Made by a program: the position numbers and the translations under genes
Notes under the pieces: generated by a model
Told to the model about the DNA's origin: nothing
Databases searched by the model: none
Seen by the model: the letters and a program-made list of their open reading frames with translations, nothing else
In this document: piece after piece, positions 11,540 to 23,090 of the stretch
How the letters are laid out: every line of letters begins with the position of its first letter
Position numbering within the stretch: position 1 is the stretch's first letter
Assembly (NCBI RefSeq): GCF_009914755.1
Contig: NC_060932.1
Reading direction: 5' to 3' (one strand)
DNA: 64,000 nucleotides
Origin: the human T2T-CHM13v2.0 reference genome, Homo sapiens

Positions 11540-13270
11540 AGTGATGTCAGCCTGGTTGTTTTATTTTCCCAAATCTACACATAAAAACAGACAGAGCACT
11601 TAGTTATCCAAACCAAAAGAAAAAAAAAATCTATGGTCAATTTTTACAATAAAACTAGATGCTAAGGTATCTCCACAGACTCTAAAATAAAAGTAGATGG
11701 GGACAAATTACCTCCAGCACAAGACGGGCCTATCATAAGTATTTGCATGGGAAAGAAAGGCAAAAAGGAAGATCTAAGAACAGAAAATCCAACAGTAGTC
11801 CATAGGTGTCCTTGGGAAAGGAGAGGGGTTGGAGCTGAGACCAGTGAATGAATCCAGGAGGGCTTCCCTGCTCAATGACAGTGAGTGCAAGACCCCAGGG
11901 GTCGCAGGCTGCACCAGGGTGACCTGGGAACTCCTAAAACTGACCTGCTCCCCCTTCCCCCGAACCCGGGAGAAAATGCTAGAAATGCAATCAGAATGGA
12001 GAAGGGCAAAGAAACCACACATGAAGGAAGGAGAAGATTTCAATAAAAGAATGGAGGGGAAGAGGAACAGGAGAGTGCAGAGCCCAGACCACCACTCCTT
12101 CTCACACTGGGGGAAACTGAAGAGGAAGCTCTTTGACGTTGCAAAAGATGTCTGAACAAAGTTCTGAACATTAAGGAAACGTATTTCACACGAAACAAAC
12201 TGGGTAGAAAAGTATCTCAAGTAACAAAATTACTTTAAGAAAACTACAAATATGGAGCAGAATAACAACCCTACTATAAAAAGACACCAAAAATATCAAA
12301 ACTGTAACTTACTATTTCTAAACCATTTAAACATTTAGGAGAACAGTAAAAGGCATTTTTTTAAACCCATGAATAATAGATAGAAACATTCAATAATGAG
12401 ACGGCGGAACTCAAAAACAATTAGAATAAAAGAAAAGCATTTTAGAAATAAAGACTAAACTAGAAGGAACACAAGAAAAAATAACACAACACAGAACACC
12501 TTAAGAGTAGAAAAGTGAAAAAAAATCATAATCCAAAATGATAAAAAAAAAGTTACAGAAAAAAGTGAAAAATCTTGAAGATAGGCAATAACAATTCAAC
12601 ATATGTTTAAAAGGAGTCCCTGAGGAAGAAAACTAAAGAAAAGCCATACAACAAATAATAAAAACTATAGTTCAAAGAAACTTTCGTGAAACAAAAAATA
12701 TTTGAACTCACATACTAAATACACTGAGTCCTACAAATACCACCCGAGAATAACCAGCACCAAGACATTTACTATTAAAATTACTTAACTTGTTTTTTAA
12801 AAATCCATTGGACATGTACGTGAAAGGGTCACTTAACATATTAAGAAAACAAAACTGGCTTATTATCAGATTTTCTACACTAATGCTTTATCCCTGAAGA
12901 GCAGAATAACATAGTTAAGGTTGTCAAGAGAAAAAAAAATGAGCCTAGAATTTTGTACTCAGCAAATCTGATCTTCCAGTATAATGTACACTTGAGTAAT
13001 TCTGAGACTACTGCTTCCACGAAAACTTCCTAAGGAATCTACCAGAAAACAAGCTTAGGGCAAATAAAATAACTAGAGATATATTGACTTAACTAGTAGT
13101 TAAATATGTAGTTACTTGGTGGAACAAGGTTAAATGAGGCTAAAAAGGGAGAGATCATAGTCTGTAATGGCCATATGATCTACAGCACAGATATAGGAAA
13201 AGCATGTACAAGATGGGGAAAATGGGCATAGCAAATATAAATATTTGTATGTTCAGGAAATCAAAATTTA
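11540..13270 (+). mobile_element. Ancient L1M/HAL1-like element with decayed ORF1
   Basis: ORF1 remnants (LEDRQ..NICLKGVPEEEN near 12574-12632; PRILYSANLIF near 12944-12976) with no ORF2 following, consistent with HAL1. Confidence 0.6.
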
Positions 13271-13274
13271 CAGT

Positions 13275-13650
13275 TGTATTAGTCCATTCTCACATTGCTA
13301 TAAAGAAATACCTAAGACCGGGTAATTTATAAAGCAAAGAGGTTTAACTGGGTCACTGTCCGGCAGCCTGTACAGGAAGCATGACTGTGGAGGCCTCAGG
13401 AAACTCAAAATCATGGTAGAAGGCAGAGAGGGAGCAGGTGCATGACATGGCCAGAGCAGGAGCAAGAGAGGGGAGGGGGATGCCACCCACTTTTAAGCAG
13501 CCAGATCTCGTGACAACTCACTCACTACTGCAGGACAGCACCAAGGGGACACTGCTAAACCATTCATGAGAAACTCACCCCCATAATCCAATCACCTCCC
13601 TCCAGGCCACACCTCTAACACTGGGGATTACACTTCAACCTGAGAGATCA
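13275..13650 (-). mobile_element. MSTA/MSTB MaLR LTR
   Basis: tgtattagtccattctcacattgctataaagaaatacc...ggaggcctcaggaaact...atccaatcacctccc. Confidence 0.9.
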
Positions 13651-13742
13651 ATAGTAAGTGGATCAGTATTGCTATTCTGAGATCTGCAAAGTGGGATAAA
13701 GCAAATAATTATGGAATATTCTAATTATTTTTTCTCCTGTAT

Positions 13743-13936
13743 CAGGAGTCTTCAAATTATCCCTGTTTTGTAAATAAAGTTTTATTGGAACACAGCCATG
13801 CCCATTCATTTACATAGGGTCAGTGGCTGCTTTCACAGTGCACTGACAGAGTTGAGTGGTTACAACAGAGACCATGTGCCCTGCAAGCCTGAAATACATG
13901 CTATCTTGTCCTTTAAAGAAAAGTTTTCTGATATTT
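13743..13936 (+). mobile_element. MER58A (hAT-Charlie MITE)
   Basis: ttttgtaaataaagttttattggaacacagccatgcccattcatttac...cagagttgagtggttacaacagagacc. Confidence 0.85.
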
Positions 13937-14031
13937 ATGCTATATCCTTGAAAACCAGGATTGTCAGTGAGAAGAAATGAGATATAGATGTAATATAAGT
14001 AAGTGGTCAGATAGAAACAGTGTGGTCCCTT

Positions 14032-14310
14032 GGCTTGCACAGTGGCTCACACCTGTAATCCCAGCACTTTGGGAGGCCAAGGAGGGAGGATCACTTGAGG
14101 TCAGGAGTTCGAGACCAGCCTGACCAACTTGGCGAAATCCCGTCTCTACAAAAAATACAAAAATTAGCTGGGCGTGGTGGCATGCACCTGTGCTCCCAGC
14201 TACTCAGGAGGCTGAAGTGAGAGGATCGCTTGAACCCAGGAGGTTGTGGCTACAATGAGTTGAGATTATGCCACTGAACTTCAGCCTGGTGACAGAGTGA
14301 GACCCTGTCA
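14032..14310 (+). mobile_element. AluJ
   Basis: Full dimer; TSD aaacagtgtggtccc at 14015-14029 and 14670-14684. Confidence 0.95.
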
Positions 14311-14372
14311 AGGAAAGAAAGAGAGAAAGAAAGAGAGAGGGAGAGAGGGAAGGAGAATAAAGAAAGAAAGAA

Positions 14373-14427
<55 letters not shown>

Positions 14428-14491
14428 GGAGAGAGAGAGAAAGAAAGGGAAAGGAAAGAAAGTGAAAGGGAAAGGAAAGGAAAGGAAAGGA

Positions 14492-14559
<68 letters not shown>

Positions 14560-14640
14560 GAAAGGGAGAGAGAGAGAAACGGAGAGAGAGAAAGGGAGAA
14601 AGGGAAGGGAAGGGAAAAAGAAAAGAAAAGAAAAGAAAAG

Positions 14641-14672
<32 letters not shown>
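14311..14672 (+). repeat. Compound purine microsatellite (GAAA)n/(GGAAA)n/(GAAAA)n
   Basis: About 360 bp almost purely A/G, inside the Alu TSDs. Confidence 0.97.
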
Positions 14673-14689
14673 CAGTGTGGTCCCAAATT

Positions 14690-15530
14690 TGAAATGGAAA
14701 TATCAGCATGAACGACTGAGGTGCTCTGTCTTCTACTTCAAATCTAGTTCTGTCCCCTGAAAAGGCCTAAAATCAATGATCATAAAACTAGTAAGGTATA
14801 TGTAACACCCAGATCATGGCCCTAAAATATGATTTCTCGTTTAAAAAAAAGAAAAAAAATGAAACAAAACATAGGCTTCTTATAAAAATGGCTGATTCCA
14901 GGTCTGAAGCAGGAAATGTACAAGACAAGCCAGGTTTACCTGGAAATATCAGATGGCAAAGCAGCTGCCAGAAGCCACCAGGTGCAAAGGATTCAGGAGC
15001 CACCAGGAAGGGCTCCCACTGGCCACAGAAGGAATCATTTGTTTTACTACCCAAAAAAAAATGTCCATAAATTGAAACCCTTCAAATATATTTTAAAGCA
15101 TGAGTTTATGGCAATATTTTTAAAAACGATCACCTTCTGAGGATGACAAGGAGTCATTATCATGAAAACTAGTCAAAAGGAAAGAATCAAACATTTTTCC
15201 TGCCTTTTCTACATTCAATTATAATTCATAAAAAGGTACCCTGGGATACCCAAAGAGATGAAGGAACGCTTTTCCTTACACAGACATTTTAGAGAATAAA
15301 TAAAACTGAATGACAGGATGAGGATACCACCACTAGGAACCTTCAGGAAATTTGCAAAGCAAGCTTGAACTGACATCAATAAAAGAGTGTGAAATGAGTG
15401 CTCTGTGCCCCTGGGGCAAGCACAGCGTGTCACCACTTAGAGTCTAACCAAGGGGTGGTACTTGGGCTGGATCACACTTCAAGATCCTGCTGCCAATTTG
15501 CAGCAAATAAAGAAAAAAGGTACATGTTGA
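14690..15530 (+). mobile_element. Ancient L1M 3' region (continues at about 15883-16322 and 17826-17945)
   Basis: aaatggctgattccaggtctgaagcaggaaatgtacaaga...gggctcccactggcca; interrupted by THE1B and LTR12. Confidence 0.6.
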
Positions 15531-15882
15531 TGATATGGTTTGGCTGTGTCTGCACCCAAATCTTATCTTGAATTGTAACAGTTCCCACGTGTTGTGGGAG
15601 GAACCTGGTGGGAGGTAATTGAATCATGGGGGCGGGTCTTTCTCATGCTGTTCTCATGATAGTGAGTATGTCTCATGAGATCTGATGGTTTTAAAAGAAA
15701 AAGTTGCCCTGCACAAGCTCTCTTCTTTTGTCTGCCCCAACGTGAGACGTGCCTTTCACCTTGCACCATGATCGTCAGGCCTCCCCCACCACATGGAACT
15801 GTAAGTCCAATAAACCTCTTTCTTTTGTAAATTGCCCAGTCTCAGGAAATCTTTTTCAGCAGTGTAAAAACACATTAATACA
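15531..15882 (+). mobile_element. THE1B-like MaLR solo LTR
   Basis: tgatatggtttggctgtgtc...gtaagtccaataaacctctttcttttgtaaattgcccagtctc...taataca; 5-bp TSD gttga/gttta. Confidence 0.92.
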
Positions 15883-16322
15883 GTTTAATTGTGCCATGAG
15901 TCTGAAATCCGCATAATCCAAACCGTGGGAAAACCTGCTCACGTAAGGACTCAGATTCCTCAGCAAATAAATTGTAAGATGTGGAAGGGAAGCGATAGAT
16001 CACAAGGCACCTGAAACACATAGCAGTCTTTTTTATTTTAATGAGCAAGATTTGAGTAGATGTATAACGTACAAATAAAGAAATGCAAGGAAAGGAATAC
16101 AGTAAAATGAGGAGAGTAGTTAGCATCTGGGGAGGGAGGGGACCCAGATGGCTTAGGGCATATGCACAGGCTTCTATTTCCTGCCCTAATGGGAGGTTAC
16201 AAAAAGAGTCTGACTTCTAATAACTCACTAAGCCATAGAAAAAGTTAGCATGGGGATCACCCTGGAGAGAGAACAATACTGCCTGGGTGGTAGCACAATG
16301 GGGGTTTCTGGGGTGCTGGTAT

Positions 16323-17825
16323 TGAGAGGTGACAGCATGCTGGCAGCCCTCGCAGCCCTCGCTTGCTCTGGGCGCCTCCTCGGCCTCGGCGCCCACCCTG
16401 GCCGTGCTTGAGGAGCCCTTCAGCCTGCCGCTGCACTGTGGGAGCCCCTCTCTGGGTTGGCCGAGGCTGGAGCCGGCTCCCTCAGCCTGCAGGGAGGTGT
16501 GGAGGGAGAGGCGCGGACGGGAACTGGGGCTGCACACGGTGCTGGCAGGCCAGCACAAGTTCCGGGTGGGCGTGGGCTTGGCGGGCGTCCCACTCGGAGC
16601 AGCAGGCCGGCAGCACCGGCCCTGGGCAGTGAGGGGCTTAGCACCTGGGCCAGCAGCTGCAGAGAGTGCACCAGGTCCCTCAGCAGTGCCGGCCCACCGG
16701 CGCTGTGCTCAAATTCTCACCAGGCCTCAGCTGCCTCCCCGCAGGGCAGGGCTGGGGACCAGCAGCCTGCCATGCCCGAGCCTCCCCCAGCTGCCGTGGG
16801 CTCCTGCATGGCCCGAGCCTCCCCAAGTAGGGCTGCCCCCTGCTCCACGGTGCCTCGTCCTATCGACTGCCCAAGGGCTGAGGAGTGTAGGTGCACGGAT
16901 CGGGACTGGCAGGCAGCTCCGCCTGTGGCCCCGTGCAGGATCCACTAGGTGAAGCCAGCTGGGCTCCTGAGTCTAGTGGGGACTTGGATAAACTTTATGT
17001 CTAGCTAAGGGATTGTAAATGCACCAATCAGCACTCTGTGTCTAGCTAATCTGGTGAGGACTTGGAGACTCTTTATGTCTAGCTGAGGGATTGTATATAC
17101 ACCAATCAGCACTCTGTGTCTACCTCAGGGTTTGCGAACACACCACCAGCACCCTGTGTCTAGCTCAAGGTTTGTAAATGCACCAATCAGTGCTCTGTGG
17201 GTACTTGGAGAACTTTTGTGTCTGGCTCAAGGATTGTAAACGCACCAGTCAGCACCCTGTCAAAACGGAACAATCACCAGCTCTCTGTAAAACAGACCAA
17301 TCAGCTCTCTGTAAAATGGACCAATCAGCAGGATGTGGGTGGGGCCAGATAAGGGAATAAAAGCAGGCTGCCCGAGCCAGCAGTGGCAACACGCTAGGGT
17401 CCCCTTCCACACTGTAGAAGCTTTGTTCTTTCCCTCTTTGAAATAAATCTTGCTGCTGTTCACTCTTTGGGTCTCCACTGCCTTTATGAGCTGTAACACT
17501 CACCGCGAAGGTCTGCAGCTTCACTCCTGAGGCCAGCGAGACCACGAACCCACTGGGAGGAATGAACAACTCCGGACTGGAGGAACGAACAACTCCAGAC
17601 GCACTGCCTTAAGAGCTGTAACACTCTCCGCAAAGGTCTGCAGCTTCACTCCTGAAGCCAGTGAGACCACGAACCCACCAGAAAGAAGAAATTCCGAACA
17701 TGTCCGAATATCAGAAGGAACAAACTTCAGACACACTATCTTTAAGAACTGTAACACTCACCACAAGGGTCTGCGGCTTCATTCTTGAAGTCAGTGAGAC
17801 CAAGGACCCACCAATTCCGGACACA
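16323..17825 (+). mobile_element. Complete solo LTR12 (LTR12C/D; ERV9/HERV9)
   Basis: TGAGAGGTGACAGC start, CCAATTCCGGACACA end, 4-bp TSD GTAT on both sides, GC-rich U3, CCAAT repeats, U5 repeats. Confidence 0.96.
17020..17362 (+). promoter_or_regulatory. LTR12 enhancer/promoter: five CCAAT (NF-Y) boxes, GT/GC box, GATA, AATAAAA TATA-equivalent
   Basis: CCAAT at 17024, 17102, 17183, 17297 and 17321; GGGTGGGGCC 17337; AGATAA 17347; AATAAAA 17356. Confidence 0.75.
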
Positions 17826-17999
17826 GTATTTTTTTGATGAGGGTGCTGGCTGTACAAGTCTTTTCAGTTCATGAAAAAGCATTGAGTTTTACATGGGTGC
17901 AGTTTTCTTTATGTAAGCTATGCCTTCGTATTTTAATGTTTTTCAAATTTACACATAAGGTTTAATATACAGAGGTATAGATACAGAATTAAAACCTTG

Positions 18000-18365
18000 G
18001 ACAGTATTCAATTTTATGTTTCTATTTACCTGTTTAACAAATCACTTAATTTTCAAGTGCTGCAACAATTGTGCTTCTAGCAACTTCTTACTTCTAATGG
18101 TTTTTGCTTTGTAAATGCGGGCACTATTTGGTGCATAAAAGGGCATAATATAAGTTTATTGGTGATAGTATCTTTTATCGATATGAAATGATAAAATTTT
18201 GGAGACTTTCCACTATTAACTGAGTTTTCCTTGATACAGTCTGGTCTGAAATTCACATTTCTTCTCCAATCCCTTCTCACTCCACCCCACCCCACTCTTG
18301 CCCATCCGATTTCCAGGTTTTTTTTTTTAGTTCCCTGATACATATTTGTCCATCTTTTCTTTATT
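18000..18365 (-). mobile_element. Ancient L1 ORF2 (endonuclease region) fragment
   Basis: ctatttggtgcataaa (reverse of the YAPN motif) and catatttgtccatctttt. Confidence 0.5.
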
Positions 18366-18589
18366 GGAGCCCTACAGCACTGAGGAAGAAGCATTCCACA
18401 CCACCAGAATCACCAAGTTCCAGACAAAACAGAGGACCCTGTCTTCTCTAGGGAGACATTTTTGTGATTAGCTCTTTTTAAATGCTGTCATAAAATCTCA
18501 CACAGCTTCAGATCTTGCTGCTTTCATTTTGTACACATTTTTATTCCATATGCATTTTATTCCATGTCAACTATATTCCTTGTATGTTA

Positions 18590-18765
18590 TTATAGAGACC
18601 AATAAGGGAGAGTGCAGGCACTCAACTTACAGCTTAGAGGAGAAGACAGACAAATAAACACAGTGCTGATAGAGTGTGATTCCTGCTCTGGTAGAGAATC
18701 TGATGAAGTCTAGGGTCATGGGCAGGTATTCCGAGAGGCTCCTAACCTAGCCTGGGGGACGGGGA
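18590..18765 (-). mobile_element. L2 LINE fragment
   Basis: cttacagcttagaggagaagacagacaaataaac...cctaacctagcctgggg. Confidence 0.55.
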
Positions 18766-18882
18766 GTGGCATGGTAAGGAAAATCATCATTCTTTATACA
18801 CCTGCAGGAAAAAAAGTCAGTTTCATTTAAGAAGATCCTTGATGAAACTGTAAGATGCAGATATAAGTAAACACAGATTTTA

Positions 18883-19245
<363 letters not shown>

Positions 19246-19790
19246 TCAAGCACACAACTTTTAAGCATTCAGTGTGACAACATGGGAAGCACGTGTGAAG
19301 CACTCTGTTGCGTGTGGAGGCCTGGTGATGGTTTTGAGGAAATATTTATTTTCCTTGTGTGACGGTTTCAGCTCAACTAGCTGCTATTTCACGTAACATC
19401 ACTTTTACTTGAAAGAATAACAGACAAACTGTGGTAATTCAGAATTGGGTCTTTAGAAAGCATTTTCTCAAAAATGAGGAATACAATAAGATTTTATTTT
19501 TAAGTGAATCTTAGGATGTTGAAAAACTTATATACGTTGCCATGAACTTGACAGCTTTACAATATTTAAAAATTTATTGATAAGGTAGGTGGTGACATTA
19601 ACTAATGTACTTTTCGAAACTGTCTTATGAAATGTGTCAATGTTTGTAAGACCTGCATAATTCAGCAAAGCAATATTTTCAAAGTGGGAATGCATGAAGT
19701 TACAAAATCATGACTGGGTAAAATATCCACTCCAAGTACAATATAAATCAATGGTTTTTAAAGTAATGAGAGTATGAAAAGTATATTTAT

Positions 19791-20150
<360 letters not shown>

Positions 20151-20803
20151 TTATCCACAGTTATTTGAGAAGGCCAATAAAATAACACTTCATTTTCCAA
20201 ATACATGTATGAGGTTCAATTTTCTTCATTTTCTTCAACTAAAACATATTTTAAGAGATTGAATTCAGGGGGAATATGCAAGTCTAGCTGTCTTCTATGA
20301 TGTCAGACCTTGAAGAGATTTGCAAAATGTAAAACGATGCCACTCTCTTCATTGAAGTTTTTCCTTTGGAAAATAGACTTCTCTTGCCTAAGAATGTGTT
20401 ATTTATGTTAACAAGTAATAGGTCTATCATTTGTTATGTTTAAAATGAATTCAAAATATTTTTTAAATTTCTCAGTTTTCAACTTGAATGCAGAAAATAT
20501 TATACCTAAGAGAGGGGCCCTGAGATTAAAAACTCTGAGAAACTCTTCACTACGCACACAAGAGTGACAAAAATAAAATGAAAAAGAAAAGCTCCTCAGA
20601 GACCTTAGCAATTTTTAAGTGTCCAGATAAAGAATGATTACTGGAAACAAAGGATATCAGTTATCTGAATATGTTGCCTAGTTTATTATAGGTACATGGC
20701 TGAGTTGAAGCCAAGAGGCAAAACATCAGCCAGCCTCACACGATAGAATTTTGACATCCAAATGAGACATAAACTCAACTACAGATGGTATATAACATTC
20801 TAG

Positions 20804-21176
<373 letters not shown>

Positions 21177-22429
21177 CAAAGAAGCATTTTTTATTGCTTT
21201 ATCAAAAAAAAAATGTAGTAAGAAACAGAACAATGTTGAATGCTAGCTAGCTGTCTCCCTCCCTCACGAGGCTGAGATTTCATCATGAATGTCAGCCTTA
21301 CTATGCTTTTGACTTAAATTTGAATTTCTTGTAATCCACTTGAAAATACATGCAATGATATTTATGAACATTTCTTAACGTTTCTCCTTTTTTAGTAGGA
21401 AATAAAATATCTGTTGAGAGTTATTTTTGATAGCTTTTAAGTGTGGGGAATAATGGGTTGAAACAATTAAAATGTCATTGCTATCTTTTTTTCCCTTCTT
21501 CCCAAAAGAAAGTCTAAGTGCACTAGTTAATATATTAGGAAAAGGGCATAATTTTAATATTGGGTTTCATTATCTATAATGAGGTTGTGATTTTTAAAAC
21601 ATTTTATTTACTCCATATTTTACAGCAGCCTGTCTTTCTTCGGCTGCCTCAAATACAGTACTGCTTCACCTGTGGACTGTATATACTTGTTCAGCAATGC
21701 CCTCTCTAAAGGAAAAAGCCTTCAATAGAAATATTAAAATGGGAACAGTGACAAGAGAGCAACTAGTGTAATTCCTGACACCCATATGTACCAGCATGCC
21801 CAGGGCTGCCCAGGAAGCCTGTGGCACAAATAGAAATTGGGTCCCTGTCCTGGATGCCTTCTATAAACTATTCTTATAACTATCTAAGAGATCATGCAAA
21901 CAGATGCTTCATTGCTTTCTATAGTTCTGAATTACTACTTTTTACTTTTGCAGATAAATGTATGTTTTCCATTCTTCCAGTGCAACCTAGCCTCTTTTGG
22001 TGAAGAGGGGCAAAAATACTAGTTCTCTTCAACACAGGGGCGCTATTGCCAATTACGTGTTCATTACTTATGTTCTATCTGCTGTGGCTCCCTTTTCATG
22101 GACACCAATAATGTATACATTGAATCACCTTCCTGGTTGTCCGTATCATTTTTTTTTTTTTGCTGTTGTTTTAGTCCCAGTTTTGTTAATGTGCTTTATT
22201 AAGGGGAAAGAGGAAGTCAAAGCTTCCAAGTCTTTGGGATGATCTTTGTTTCCTGAGCTATTTTTCCTATGGACTTTTGTGTCCAGAAGTGCATTACTCA
22301 AAATCCTTAGCTGATCACACTCTCATTAGTCCACAGATGGCGCACTTTTAGGTACACGTGCGTGCATAAAAGCATGCACACATAAGTATCAAAAATAACT
22401 CTCCGGTATGTACGTAGTTCACTCACATT

Positions 22430-22670
22430 TTAAATAATATACCAATCATTTATATACCCACCACTCAAAATAAAAGTTAAGTCATTGGTAAACCATCCCC
22501 CTGCCAGTTGCTTCACACCACCTTCCCATCCCTGTGCCTCCTCCCAGCCAAAGCCGCCATCATCCTGAACCCATTCCTATTATTTTCATCTTTCCCTTCT
22601 ATTCATCTTCATTGCACGTAGACGTACTTTGTGGTTGTTATTTTGGAGTTTTTCACCCTATATTTTCATC
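22430..22670 (-). mobile_element. L1ME-like 3' fragment
   Basis: atacccaccactcaaaataaa...ccatcatcctgaac pattern. Confidence 0.45.
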
Positions 22671-23004
22671 TTCAGTAAGAAAGGCAACAGATGTGGACAG
22701 GCTCTGACTCTAAAGTGCCATAACACACAGACATCTGTAACAGTGCTCATTGAGAAAGGCAGGATAATTACATTTTACTTATTGACCTTATTTGGAATTA
22801 CCTTCAACTCAGACAAGGTCCACAGGCACAGACACGCCTATACCAGGTTCACTACTGAGCACATGAGAAATGGTGAATCGTAGAAATTACGGAGAAATTT
22901 TACACAGTTCCCCCAGCTGAAAGGCTCCAACTATCTTGGAATTCAACTCCAGTGTCATATAAGCATGTAAGGATATGCAAGTATCTTTTTTTCCTGTAAT
23001 CTAG

Positions 23005-23090
23005 TAAACTCTTAATATCTGACCATTAATAGGCAAATATTTCAAAGATGCCATTCATTGATAAAGGCGCTCGATCTTGAATTTTTCAAG
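23005..23090 (+). other. Candidate spliced (probably non-coding) exon
   Basis: Acceptor tctttttttcctgtaatctag (alternative AG at 23031-23032) and perfect donor AAG|GTAAGT at 23091, in unique sequence. Confidence 0.3.

Noticed and set aside
14204-14709. 131-160 aa K/E/R-rich or F/L/S-rich ORFs
   Set aside because: Translations of the purine microsatellite and Alu, which simply lack stop codons
16329-16952. 207-aa ORF and overlapping ORFs; CpG-island-like composition
   Set aside because: Lie entirely within the GC-rich U3 of LTR12; not a host gene or gene promoter island
17491-17800. Repeated ctgtaacactcaccgcgaaggtctgcagcttcactcctga units with variable spacers
   Set aside because: Standard LTR12 U5 sub-repeats
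18800-18821. Strong minus-strand acceptor (ctgactttttttcctgcag)
   Set aside because: Lies in the Charlie1/L2 junction with no supported partner donor
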